Shown here: positions 25,186-37,599 of the stretch, piece by piece | Layout of the letters: each line of letters starts with the position of its first letter | Numbering within the stretch: position 1 is the first letter of the stretch | Assembly (NCBI RefSeq): GCF_006345805.1 | Contig: NC_042998.1 | Location: forward strand, 27,590,001 to 27,654,000 | Direction of reading: 5' to 3' | Length of the DNA stretch: 64,000 nt | Origin: Octopus sinensis | Lineage: Eukaryota | Translations under genes and position numbers: made by a program | The notes under the pieces: model-generated | Databases searched by the model: none | The model's input: only the letters and a program-made list of their open reading frames with translations | Told to the model about the DNA's origin: nothing

Positions 25186-25949
25186 AGAGTAAAAAACTAT
25201 ATGAAAACAGCTGGCTTTCCTCCCTTCAAATGTCTTTTATCATATCCAACACAAAACTTTGCGCTCACCCGACGAGCTTTAACTTAAAGAAAGACGCAGA
25301 GACTACCAAATGGGTTACTGCTAATTTATGGTACATTTGATTCCCAAAATTCTATCTTTGACACCGTGGAACATCATTAATAGTGGTTTCATAAATTCTT
25401 GACATATGACCACAAACTGGAGTGTAGCTCGCTGAATCTACCTTGATACATAAACAACATTTATTAATCGAACCAGGAGAATTAAAAAAAAAATGGCAAC
25501 ACCGATAACTTTAGAAAGATTAAAGATTAATATTTTATTTGTAATATGATCTGATGTTTACCGATCAAATTACATCAACAAAAGTAAAAATGTTTTCTCA
25601 CATTGACAAAAGACCACAAATGCGTTCTGAAATTTATAACGTTTTATATATGTTACATATGTTTCAAATCCAATTTCCGTTACTTGTAGTCGTTTCTGTT
25701 AGAAGTCAACTGTAACTTTTTTTTAGAAAGCTGTGGAAGTTTTCCTGTAAGCAAATGAATTAATAGATAGATATATGGACAAATAGACAGACATACAAGG
25801 TTCTACTGAAAGCAATTGGAAAAGTGGATATAACATTTTATTAACTGATATAGGTCGTTCATATAGCACATGCTGGTAGAATAACTCTTAATCTATAGTC
25901 AATCTTCTTTCTTGTCTTCACTGCAGGCAAATAATTTCTATTTTATTTA

Positions 25950-26225
25950 TGCGCCCTTTTCAAGCCTAGTCAGGCTCATGGGCCCGGTTTCCCGGTTTCT
26001 GTGTTCACCCCAGCTGGACGGGACGCCAGTCCATCGCAGCGTTACTCAAGAAACGGGAAGAGAGAGAGATGGGGCGAAAGAGTACAACAGGGGTCGCCAC
26101 CACCTCCTGCCGGAGCATCGTGGAGCTTTTAGGTGTTTTCGCTCAATAAACACACACAACGCCCGGTCTGGGAATCGAAACCGCGATCCTCCGATTGCGA
26201 GTTCGCTGCCCTAACCACTGGGCCA
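25950..26225 (-). mobile_element. SINE head type A, tail W
   Basis: Matches the copies at 38170, 58860 and 63370. Confidence 0.8.
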
Positions 26226-26516
26226 TGCAGGCAAATAATGGGTTACAAAAAAAAGAAACATCATTAACTTATTGATGAAGGAGGTGCGCATGCTGGCCAA
26301 CATCCAAAAAAGGCTACAGCTTGCTTACTAAGATGACTATAAGGACAAAAACATTGTGAATAGATTAATGAAGTTTAAAATAAAAAAACCTGCATTGAAG
26401 AGAAATCACGCAGTGAGGGGCCATAAAATACCACTGAATTGAATCAACAGTGAGTGGACGAACCGATTGGCACAGACAGACAAGTTACAATCAGCGACCC
26501 TATTACACAGCTGGAT

Positions 26517-26907
26517 GGAGGCGCAATGGCCCAGTGGTTAGAGCAGCAGTCGGAGGATCGCGGTTTTGATTCCCAGACCGGGCGTTGTGTGTGTTTATTG
26601 AGCGAAAACACCTAAAGTTCCACGAGGCTCCGGCAGGGGGTGGTGGCGACCCCTGTTGTAATCTTTCGCTCCAACTTTCTCTCACTCTTTCTTCTTGTTT
26701 CTTGTCCCCGACTTCCTACGCAACCGCTGAGCCTGGATGTGCATTCATCCATCCGTCGATGCTCTCGGTGTCGGGGGTTGACCTGCTTTCTCTTCTGCAG
26801 GTCTAACGAATACCAAAGGACCACGTTTCGGACTTCTCCCACTACAGAAGGCGCGATCTTGCGAGCTCTGGGAGGAAGACCGCTTCGCTTAACAAACAAA
26901 CAAACAC
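26517..26907 (+). mobile_element. SINE head type A, tail Z, (AAAC)n end
   Basis: GGAGGCGCAATGGCCCAGTGG head; flanking CTGGATGG repeat at 26511-26518 and 26908-26915. Confidence 0.85.
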
Positions 26908-26929
26908 CTGGATGGCAGTACACTACGTA

Positions 26930-27615
26930 AGATGGTGAAACGCTTTGGTGCAAAGTGTGTATCTCGGCAGTTGGCACTTGATTTGAAAGAGAGAAGAGTG
27001 GAAGCCTTCCCAGATTTCCTAAAAGAGTTTGAAGATAATGAAGACAGACATCACGTTTTTTTTCCCAATCTGGTGGCAGGATGTGAAACGTCGGTTTACC
27101 TTTATGATTCGGTTGCGAAGGCTCTGTCCATGGAGAGGTGCTAAACCTCTTCTAAACCTAAACCGTCATGGTGTTTGTTTTTTTTGGATGGCCAAAGAGA
27201 ATTCGCCTTGATTTTCTAGAATATGACTGTATTATGAACAGTGAACTCTACATTGAAATGCTGAAAGATAGAGAAACCGTTCGGCGGAAGAGACAACGAT
27301 AAGGAATCTGAAAACGATCCGCATCCATCATCCGCACACATCTTTGGTAACAAATCAGACAATCAGCAAATTGGGGTGGGTGGTGGTTCCTCAACCAGCG
27401 TATAGCCTGGATCTAGTGTCTTCCGACGAACCTGTTCGGTTCAATGAAAGACAATATTTGAGGGCAATAATTTGATAACAGAGATGAGGTAAAACTGGTC
27501 GTGAAGAAGTAGGTACGAGAGTGTAAAACTACATTTTTTTAAAACGAGAGGTCTGAAGTTGGACTCAACGATGGCATAAGTGCATCACTCGTGATGAAGC
27601 TTATGTCGAGTGGTA
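26930..27615 (+). pseudogene. Mariner transposase pseudogene (DDD catalytic region)
   Basis: AKCVSRQL..KERRVEA..LVAGCETSVYLYD (GDETW-like); KLGWVVVPQPAYSLDLVSSD (YSPDLAPSD-like); QRWHKCITRDEAYVE end. Confidence 0.85.
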
Positions 27616-27711
27616 CCTTTGCAAAGAGGAAAAGTTATGTGTGAATTTGAATAATTTTTTTAGTTATGATTACTTTTGCAATACTTTCGGTAGAAACCTC
27701 ATAAATATGAG

Positions 27712-28046
27712 ATAGATAGAAAGAAACACGCAGAGATAGATAGAGAGAGAGAGCGAGAGAGACAGAGGCAGACAGAGAGAAAGAGAGAGAGGGGAGAGGG
27801 ATAAGGAGGAGAGAAAGTGTGTGAGAGAGAGAGAGAGAGAGAAAGGGGGAGAGGGATAAGGAGGAGAGAAAGTGTGTGAGAGAGAGATCGGGAGAGAGAT
27901 AAGGAGGAAAGAGAGAGAGGAGGAGAGAGATAAGGAGGAAAGGAAGTGTGTGTGAGTGAGAGAGAGCGGGAGAGAGATAAGGAGGAAAGAAAGAGAGGGG
28001 GAGGGATAAGGAGGAGAGAAAGTGTGTGTGTGTGTGTGTGTGTGTG
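27712..28046. repeat. Purine-rich (GA) minisatellite with recurring GATAAGGAGGA core, ~40-50-bp units
   Basis: Six GATAAGGAGGA cores separated by (GA)n/(GT)n. Confidence 0.85.
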
Positions 28047-28261
28047 AGAGTTGTTGAGGCCTAGTTCGGCTCTAATCAAGTAAACAAATGATTAAGAACA
28101 TTGCCGTCGTAAGCATCCTGTCTTTAAGGTTGAACTACAATATCTAATGTGCTCTCATTTTGAAGAGAGCAGGGACAATTTGAAAAAGATTTGATTGCTC
28201 CTTCATTAGCTGCCTTCTGAGGGGGAAAGAGAGTGTGAGAGAGAGAGAAATATATATATAT

Positions 28262-28393
28262 ATTTATTTTATAGAAGGAGCTTCTACAGGACTAGAACTG
28301 TTTCATTCAAATGAAATCATCAGTGAGCTTCCTGATGATTTCATTTGAATGAAACAGTTCTAGTCCTGTAGAAGCTCCTTCTATAAAATAAAT
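28262..28393. repeat. Perfect 62-bp inverted repeat with 8-nt spacer
   Basis: 28262-28323 is the exact reverse complement of 28332-28393. Confidence 0.95.
28325..28378 (+). ncRNA. Type I hammerhead ribozyme motif with intact core
   Basis: GAGCUUC-CUGAUGA-U-UUCA[UU]UGAA-U-GAAA-CAG[UUCUAGUC]CUG-UA-GAAGCUC: 7-bp stem I, 4-bp stem III, GUA cleavage triplet, U.U at the base of stem II. Confidence 0.75.
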
Positions 28394-28475
28394 TAATTTA
28401 CTCTGCCATGTATTGAGTACCTTATTTACTGTGGTTAACCCCGACTCAATCCGGGACCTACATATATATATATAT

Positions 28476-28812
28476 GAAGGCGCATGGCTCAGTGGTTAGA
28501 GCGTCGAGCTTACGATCGTGAGGTTGTGAGTTCGAATCCCGGACCGGGCTGCTTGTTGTGTTCTTGAGCAAGACACCTTATTTCACGTTGCTCCAGTTCA
28601 CTCAACTGTAGAAATGAGTTGTGACATCACTGGTGCCAAGCTGTATCGGCCCCTTTGCTTTTTCCTTGGATAACACTGGTGGCCTGGAGAGGGGAGGCCG
28701 GTATGCATGGGCGACTGCTGGTCTTCCATAAACAACCTTGCCCGGACTTGTACCTGGGAGGGTAACTTTCTAGGTGCAATCCCATGGTCAGTTATGACCG
28801 AAGAGGGTCTCA
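28476..28812 (+). mobile_element. tRNA-derived SINE head type D, tail Y
   Basis: GAAGGCGCATGGCTCAGTGG..GAGTTCGAATCC; same family as 62469-62804. Confidence 0.88.
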
Positions 28813-28847
<35 letters not shown>

Positions 28848-28851
<4 letters not shown>

Positions 28852-29053
28852 GATGCAGCACGGACTTTGTCAGTGAACAGGTCGCGGATTTTAGCGACGA
28901 AAATATTTTGACAAATTAAACTTAAATGTTGAAGTGAATCGAACGGCTTTTGTGTGTTTCTTAAATGGCTTATAAACACCTTCCACGCTGCAATTGTTTT
29001 CGTTTCAGCACACGATCTCAGATCAAATTACTTGCTATGCGAGTACATCTCCG
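28848..29053. mobile_element. MITE of Tc1/mariner type
   Basis: Ends CAGAGATGCA and TACATCTCCG (8/10 inverted match), each flanked by TA. Confidence 0.55.
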
Positions 29054-30258
29054 TAATATATATATATATATATATTTATAGATCATAATTGCAAACAAAA
29101 CATAGAGAAAATTGATGATTCGTTTCCAGTTATATTACTGAATCCTCTACCATGATAGCTGCATACATAACTATTATACATTTTTATGAAAGTCATATAT
29201 TTTATTCTACAGCTGTACATTTTATATCAAAATTATACACTTTAATTCAAAGATGTACATTTTAAATTGACGCTCACACGGCATGTATAATATTTATGAC
29301 ATAAATTATATAATTCAATGTAAGACGGTATTAAATATTAAAAACACCAGTTCGAGGCTGAAAAGAGAAAAAATGCATACGAACCGATTCTCGAAATTTT
29401 CAGTCTCGAATGGGTGTCCACATTACCTAAAATTCACTTAACAGTTAAACACTAGCAGTTACTTCATAGATAATTTAATATCAGATATCACCATATTGAA
29501 CAAAGCTATCAACGACTAATGGTGGCTATTTGAAGAAAAGCTCTCATATGTAATCTTTATGTAAAGGTCACGTATCTTATACGAAAATAAAGTTGATAGC
29601 AAGCTCATAATTCGATTATAAAAGTAATTTATTTTGTAATATTGCCTAAAATATTTGATCACTTTTGTAGCGGAAAAATAATTAAACTTCAAACTATATC
29701 TGTGAATAAGAAAATATCTCCATCAAATTTATGACACTTCAATGTGATAAAATCTGAAATTTTTCACTGTTTGTAACTACATTTTTACTATTGATTTATA
29801 TTGTTTTTTGAGCAAACTATAATGAAACTTTAGAATGGAAATGTAAGATGAGAGATTCTCAAATGTGCTAGAAGTTCAAAAACGCTTGCAAAACCAATAA
29901 TAATAATATGTATCTGTTTACAGACTGGCAGGATAAACAAACAATGGCCACTGAATGTTTTATAAGCAATGATCATTGAAGAAGCAAATAATTTTTTTAT
30001 CTTACTCTGCACTCTACAATACTATTCATTATTTAAAGACGACACGATAGCAGAGTCGTCACCATGTTGGACAAAATACTTAATGGTATTTTATCGAGCT
30101 TTTCGTTCTGAGTTCAATTGCCGCCGACGTCGACTTAGCCTTTCATTCTCTCGTCTTCGATAAGATAAGTACCGGTTACGCACTGAGGTTGATGTAATAA
30201 ACTAGAACCCTTTCGTAAAATTTCAGGCCCTGTGCCTAGAGTAGAAAGGATTATTTAA

Positions 30259-30470
30259 CCCAGGTTGACCCTGTCGAAATTTTGAAGATATTTATATAAA
30301 TCGGGATAACAAACATACGAAAGCGTCCAGTTCACATTTATTGCAGTAAATAAACCAAATACAATGGTTAAATAAATACAACAAGCACTATTTTGCGTCC
30401 AGTTAACCTTTATTTCAGTAAACAAACCAAATACAACTGTCCTCAAACGAGGACAGAGGGACAAAATGGG
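30259..30470. mobile_element. Possible piggyBac-like MITE
   Basis: TTAA|CCCAGGTTG ... CAAAATGGG|TTAA, with two internal ~60-bp direct repeats. Confidence 0.45.
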
Positions 30471-32361
30471 TTAAAGGCGGCGAGCTGGTAGAAAGTCACG
30501 TTCCTTAATGTTCTGAGTTCGAATCCTACCAAGATCGACTTTACTTTACCTTTCATTCTTCCGGGGTCATTCAAGACAGTTTCCGGATATTATGAGACCA
30601 TTGCGATTGATGTTTCAGTTTGAATATTAGAAGGTTAAAGTTTGTAAGGAAAGTTCAGGTCATGGGTGCCAGTATTTCTATGTCGGCGTATCTGTAAAGA
30701 ATACGAGATAGGTGTGGGTATTATCTAATGCAGACAATTGTAGAACGATGAGAAAGAACTCAGGGAGAGCTGTGTGCATTGAAAGCACCGAAAATGATGA
30801 TGACTCCAAGAAAGGAAGTCAAATGGCTCATTATGACTGCAGGCGTTTGAAGAAGCGGTCGAGATAACGGATGAATTTACAAAATTAGCTAAGCGCGATT
30901 TGCCAAAATTAATTACTAGTCGATGCTAACATTTCAATGAGACGGGCGAGATGTAAGCGTAAAATTCACCTTTGAGACAAAGGTGAGGTGTAGAGTGTAA
31001 CATTGGTAGTAAAGAAATAGGATATTGAGCCTGAAATATTTGTGCCAGAGAAGAATATAATGTGTAGTTTTCATATTAGTAGCAACTGGGAAGAATCTTG
31101 GGTGGAGTAAATTCTTTGGCTGTTAGCGTATATATATATATTCAGGGCATGTACGGACAAAGTTATATACATGTAAATGATAAGATTAAATTAAACTAAT
31201 ATGATTACCGGAATTTTTTTCCTCAGTTTTACTACTTTTCGTATTAATGCACCTATCTATATTTCTCTGAATCTCGAATTATTAATAATAGTCGCTGCTA
31301 ATTCATCAGAAAATAGTGAAAGTCCTCGCAGGGTTTTCTTTGAAGTAAAATGATAGATTCTGAAATTAAGTTATTTCCTTATATTTATGAATCTTCTCCC
31401 TTTTTCGTTTATATTATAATAAATTCTTGCATATCAGAAGTATTAATATCCGAATGACATTCGAAGGTTTTAGATTTATTCCAAATAATTTGGTTTATTT
31501 CTGATGGCTTAGGAAACCAATGTACTCCATCTCTAATTTTCTTAAGCTTTCTTAAATTAAGAAATCTATAAAAACGTTTGACCTTAAGTGGTTTTCCAAT
31601 GAAATAGTTCATCTATAAAGTTTCATATGTTTAATTTGTCTGTCACTCACTTGTCAAATGAAACTAAGACCAGCCTTTTTAGCAGTTTATCAATTTTTGC
31701 AAATAATGTAAATGTAAATGCGTTGTACTAAAATTTACTCAAATATAGAATTTGCGTCATATATTCCTATACATTGAAATGCTTTGGCCCTAAACACTAT
31801 ACTCTTTAATGCGCACGAAGCAATTGTCTTTTCATTCATTAGAACGGCGTGTGAAGAGATCAAGTTGTCAACACTTTTCCATTTGCTTCCTTTTTCGAAT
31901 TCTTCAATGAGTGAAGAAAACACACAGAAAATCCATTTGCTGCAAATAGGTTTCGCTCAATTCGTTTGCAAAACACTGCTCACTGCTCCATCTCCTCAGA
32001 AGGACGTGTTAATTACGGAAAGAATGATTTTTAAGGCTGTAAAAATCTAAACATTTTGCAGTTCCAAGAAATATTGAGAGCCATCACGTTTTCAGTATGA
32101 GAGAAAACATATTTCTGTAACTGATGTCACCAAATTTACATTTTCTACTCTATTTCTTAGTTGAGGCGATAGGGATATGAAGGTAGTGGTAAACATTATT
32201 TTCACCTTGAGTCGTTATTGTTCTATGTGAATAATGTTTAGAGTTATTCAAGGCTTGTACTGGGAAATCAGTATCCAGTAAGTAATGGTCTCCTAACAGT
32301 CTCCTGAAATCTGAGAGCGTAATCTTTCTTTCATTATGTATTAGTATTCTCTCATTTTTTC

Positions 32362-32558
32362 TCTCATTTACTTGTTTCAGTCATTTTGACTGCGGCCATG
32401 CTGGAGCACTGCCTTTAGTCGAGCAAATCGACCCCAGGAATCATTCTTTGTAAGCCTACTACTTATTCTATCGGTCTTTTTTGCCGAACCGCTAAGTTAC
32501 GGGGACGTAAACACACGACCTTCGGTTGTGAAGCGATGTTGGGGGACAAACACAGACA

Positions 32559-32592
<34 letters not shown>

Positions 32593-32725
32593 ACACACAC
32601 ACACACACATACATGACGGGCTTCTTTCAGTTTCCGTCTACCAAATCCACTCACAAGGCTTTGGTCGGTCCGAGGCTATAGTAAAAGACGCTTGTCCAAG
32701 GTGCTACGAAGTGGGAATGAACCCG
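32362..32725 (-). mobile_element. CORE-like SINE (head type B), head truncated
   Basis: Family match. Confidence 0.85.
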
Positions 32726-33486
32726 GAACTTTTGAAGTTATTTCCAAACATCGGAATTTTCTGAAATAACCGCCAGAATCTTTTCAAAGTCTGTACAATG
32801 ATGTAGCTTTACACGCCGATGACAAAAATGACTTTAATTTTCTCTCGAATTTAATAATCGATATGTTCCAAGCCTCTAAAATTATGTAATTGTAGCCAAT
32901 CGAAAACGTCTATTGGCCACATGCCAGAAGTCGTAATTGCCAGTTTCCTTGGAAACAGCCTTCACATTCTGTGGAATTATGTAGCAGGAAACTTTTCTGC
33001 TATTAATTTCTCGAGAAGATGAATGTGAGTTTCATCAACATGCAAAAATTACATCCGTGTAGAAAATTCTGATGGTTATTTGAGAAAATTACGGTGGTTG
33101 GAAAGAATTAAAAATGATCCCTATGCTAAATGTATGTGAAGACCTATGGCTCAATGGTTATAGCACTGGGCAACTGGCAGCTATAAATTGTAAAACATAA
33201 CAGTCACCACTACCACATGAACTTGCAGATTGCATAGTCTAAGCTAAGAGCATTAGATTTTTTTGTATGAAAGCTACCGATGTGCACAGCAACAAAGACA
33301 AAAAAAAAAAGGGGAATATGGTACACAATTACAAATACAAACAACAAGAATATAACAACAGGTGTTTTTCGGTTGGGAATGAATCAAATTGCACTGGCGT
33401 GTATTTATGTATGTATCTATGTATATATGTCTGTCTGTCTGTTTGTATGTATGTATATATGTACTTACGTACGTATGTATGTATAT

Positions 33487-33645
33487 ACTGAAAAGTTCCT
33501 GGCTTTGGATAAAAGAAAATGCGAGACGATCCAGATTCACTCACTTACTGCTGTAGTCCTTCAGTTTTTCTAAGCCCTGTTAAAGAACTCGGATGGTTAG
33601 GTCTCCACCAGGCCTTTCGCGATATCCTTTAAACCTGGAATTGCT
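33487..33645 (-). mobile_element. Mariner-derived MITE
   Basis: Begins TACTGAAAAGTTCCTGGCTTT; reverse-complement homolog of 50790-50996. Confidence 0.65.
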
Positions 33646-33957
33646 CAATCCCCTCATATGTATGCCTGTTGAGCTGTTGTTTTCGTTCTGTTCCTCGATT
33701 GTGTTGTTGTTGATGTTGTGTCCAGCCATGTTGTTTGTAGTAACTCTCTGCTTGCTAAATTCAAGTTTCAGTCGAAAATCACTACGATCGTGAACAAAAG
33801 GCTCCCTCAGTTAATTAATCTGAAGATTGACCAGTTATTTAACAAGGCTGATAGTTGTGGCTCCAAAGTTGGAGATAATATTCATCGTATTTTCGATAAA
33901 CAGTCTCCCACGCCAAATAGGCGACTTGTCGCTTCGAGTATGTATGCATGCATGTAT

Positions 33958-34157
33958 ACTCTTTACTCTTTTACTTGTTTCAGTCATTTGACTGCGGCCA
34001 TGCTGGAGCACCGCCTTTAGTCGATAAAATCGACCCCGGGTTTATTCTTTTGTAAGCCCAGTACTTATTCTATTGGTCTCCTTTGCCAAACCGCTAAGTG
34101 ACGGGGACGTAAACACATCAGCATCGGTTGTCAAGCAATGCTAGGGGGACGAACACA

Positions 34158-34224
<67 letters not shown>

Positions 34225-34406
34225 TATATATACATACATATATACGACAGGCTTCTTTCAGTTTCCGTCTACCAAATCCACTCACAAGGCATTGGTCGGC
34301 CCGGGGCTATAGCAGGAGACACTTGCCCAAGATGCCACGCAGTGGGACTGAACCCGCAACCATGTGGTTGGTTAGCAAGCTACTTACCACACAGCCACTC
34401 CTGCGC
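33958..34406 (-). mobile_element. CORE-like SINE (head type B), full length
   Basis: Family match. Confidence 0.88.
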
Positions 34407-34734
34407 CTATGTATGTATTTATTTATGTATGTATGTATGTGTGCGTATGCCACGAAGCAAACACTTTGAGCATAGAAATGAAAAATTAGATAAAAACCAA
34501 AAGCAAATCCAACTTCAGGTGTCCTCCTACTTGTTTTTAAAATAAGGAATTAATCAAAACGTAAGACACACGCCATCTTCAAAAAGAGCCGAGTAAACAA
34601 ATCATAAAAAAACCCCAAATCTTCACACTTCACTAAACTGCTTCTGGTTTTCTCTTGTCAGTTCAAAGACATCGACGATCCCTTAGATCTACCCTCGTCA
34701 CTTTTTACATTTTTTTGTACTTTTCTTTCGTCCC

Positions 34735-35110
34735 TTGGCCATCTTCTTCTTCTTCTTCTTCTGTTTCTTCTTTTCTTCTTCTTCTTCATCATCCCGTTTT
34801 ACCTTTCCTTTAAATTCTTCTTCTTCTTTTCTTCTTCTTCTTCTTCTTCTCTTTCTTCTTTTCTTCTTCTTCTTCTTCTTCTTCTTCCCGTTTTACCTTT
34901 TCTTTAAATTCTTCTTCTTCTTCATTCCATTTTACTTTTTCTTCTTCTTTATTCCGTTTTACTTCTTCTTCTTCTTCTTCTTCTTCTCCTTCTTCTTTAT
35001 TCCGTTTTTCTTCTTCTTCTTCTCCTTCTTTATTCCGTTTTTCTTCTTCTTCTTCTCCTTCTTCTTTATTCCGTTTTTCTTCTTCTTCTTCTTCTTCTTC
35101 TTTAAATTAT
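34735..35110. repeat. Interrupted (TTC)n pyrimidine tract
   Basis: Directly visible. Confidence 0.95.
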
Positions 35111-35616
35111 TCTAATTCTTATTTCTTTCCCCTTATTCTCCACCCACCCGCCATGTCCTTTCCTTTTTGTTCTAGCTCTTTCTTTCTTTCCTTCTTTGCT
35201 TGTCTTATCATCACCGCCTCGTCTTCTTCTTTTATGTTCGCCTCCACATTCACTCGCCCACGCATACAACCATTTAGCACTACCTAAGCTGTTTTCTGTA
35301 TCATCAGATCGAATTTTAATAATCGATATGTTTATATAAAGACGCTTGCAATTTCACAAATTCAGTCGCCTAAGGATGAAGTATGAGAAACTCTAAGTAC
35401 CGATTCACACAATCAGGTTTCAATAAATGCAGTTCTCTTCTGCTTAACAGTGACTACGTTTTCATGGACTGGCCTATCTATCTATCTATCTATCTGTCTA
35501 TCTATCTGTCTGTCTGCCTGCCTGTCTGCCTGTCTGCCTGCCTGTCTGCCTTGTCTGTCTGCCTGCCTGCATCTCTCTCTCTCTGCTTAACAATGAGTAC
35601 ATTTTCATGGACTGGC

Positions 35617-35666
<50 letters not shown>

Positions 35667-36224
35667 GTGTCTGTCTGTCTGTCTATCTATGCCATTTTCA
35701 TCGTACTTGTGACTATGGCGAAAGAATGTGTATGGTGGACGCGTCTGAAAGGTCTAGAGACAAACACTTTCCTCTCTGGTCAATTTCTCATCAACTTCTT
35801 CAAGTATCACTTGAAGAGGAAGGTGAGAGTAGAGAGGGAAGTTTTTTCTAGTGAATGTTTCAAAAAAAGATGGATGAATGTAGCAAGGATGGCATGTGTG
35901 GATGACAGAGCCAGCTTGAGCATAATCCTATGAAGCAAAAAAAAAAAAAGAAAGGAAACAAGAGAGTCACTTATTGTCATGTGTTTTCTTTTTGCATGAC
36001 ACTATTGCCCAAGGTTCCCGTGGTCTTTTTCGTAGGCTTTTCTATCCACGGACAAACTTAATCTGTTTTCCCTTTTTACATTGACATTTCTGTGATACAC
36101 GATCCCTATTGATCGACCCCCACTTTTTTTTCACGATTCCTTTTGATCGGAATTCGAACCCTTCTCTTGTGTTTTTTTTTCTTTCTCTTCTTCCCCAAAA
36201 GAAAAGCTCTACTTTGTATTTTGT

Positions 36225-36595
36225 CCCTTCTGTGTTCCAGCAAGATGAGGTAACTGCTCATACCGCAAAGGAGACAATACAGTTGCTGAGGCAATATTTT
36301 GGAGAAAAATACATTTCTCACTACTGCAATGTCAACTGGCTTGACCAGCCTTGACTCGTGATGATACCTCAAGGAGAAGGTTTTAGAAAGGACACGGATG
36401 TGTGAAGCTGAAAATGGATGCCATTTAAGAGATATCATTTTTCATGCATAATGAAGAGGTATAATAAAAAAGGACTAATGACAATTAATCTCCATTATCT
36501 CCTCTATATTGAATTAAAATTTCATACACCTATTTGTAAAAATAAGGGAGTTATTAAAAATCAAAACCCCTCAGTGACTTTTGGACCACCCTGTA
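36225..36595 (+). mobile_element. rosa-like (DD41D-type) Tc1/mariner 3' remnant with right TIR
   Basis: FQQDEVTAHTAKETIQLLRQYFGEKYIS..VNW and C-terminal ENGCHLRDIIF; ends GGACCACCCTG|TA. Confidence 0.7.
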
Positions 36596-36962
36596 TATAA
36601 CAAATAAAACAAAATTATAGGAATGCGTATGTAATTTAAGTAAAAAGTAGTCAATAAATTGCAGTAGACTGTGATAAGATGAAATCTTAGTGTTCGCTCC
36701 TCGAAGTTGTCCAATTGCGCATGTCGGACTGGTGTTGATTATTTTTTTGTGGGTTTGTAATTACTGGTTGAATGTTCGAGACTCTCATTAAAAAGAAGAT
36801 GAATAAAAGAATTAAAAAAAAAAAAGAAACCCGGACAAATGCTATAAAATTTAGAAGCCACAAAAAACCGATGCAAACATGAAAATTTGTGTATTGAAGT
36901 GATGGTATTTGTAAGAGAGAATAACGGAATGGTTAAGGTTACGGAACTTCCAAGTAAGTTTT

Positions 36963-37350
36963 GATTGATTGAGACGTACGGTGAATCATTAAGAACGAAA
37001 TACGAATTATGTGGCTTAATTGAGTGAGATGAGTTGAGCGTTATTGTCCAGAAAACAGAGTTTAAACAATGTGGTTTGGTCGGTTGAGTAGTGTTGTAAG
37101 TTACTGCCGATAAAACAGAGAATGAACTGTGTGATTGGTTGAGCTGTGTGATGAATCATGGCCAATAAAACAGAAAGAATCTTGTAGGTTGATTGGTTAA
37201 GAAAGCTTATAAAGCAGTGCGATAAGTCATGTCCGTCGCTAATAAAATATGATAGGATTGACTGAGATGTGAAGTGAATCATGACTGTAAAACGGAGAAT
37301 GAATTATGTATTGGACGAGATGTGTGGTAAGTTACTGCTCACATAAAACC
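36963..37350. repeat. Degenerate ~55-60-bp tandem array (GATTGGTTGAG..GATGAATCATG..AAAACAGA)
   Basis: About seven diverged units; a sister array lies at 39630-39975. Confidence 0.65.
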
Positions 37351-37599
37351 TGGAGCAAGGATAATGTATTATATAAATATATTGACATAATAATATAATG
37401 ATGATATGGTACCGTAAGATATGTAGTCAATCAACAAACTTCTTTATAAGAAGAATCTCTGAATATAAGCTATTTCTCTAATTGTCTAACTTATCAATCA
37501 AACATGACACTCGTTAACTCATTATTGCATGAGAAGCGCATGGAATCCTGAACTCAGTAGAAACCGACTCTAGCAATCAAGGTAGAGAGAAAAACCGTC

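Noticed and set aside
28476-28550. tRNA-like sequences with A and B boxes (also 3035, 26517, 62469)
   Set aside because: They continue into SINE bodies, several have TSDs, and I could not fold a complete cloverleaf; they are SINE heads, not tRNA genes.
31400-33120. Faint Tc1/mariner-like peptide traces (about 31700-32050 and DETHIH near 33030)
   Set aside because: Similarity is too weak to support by eye.
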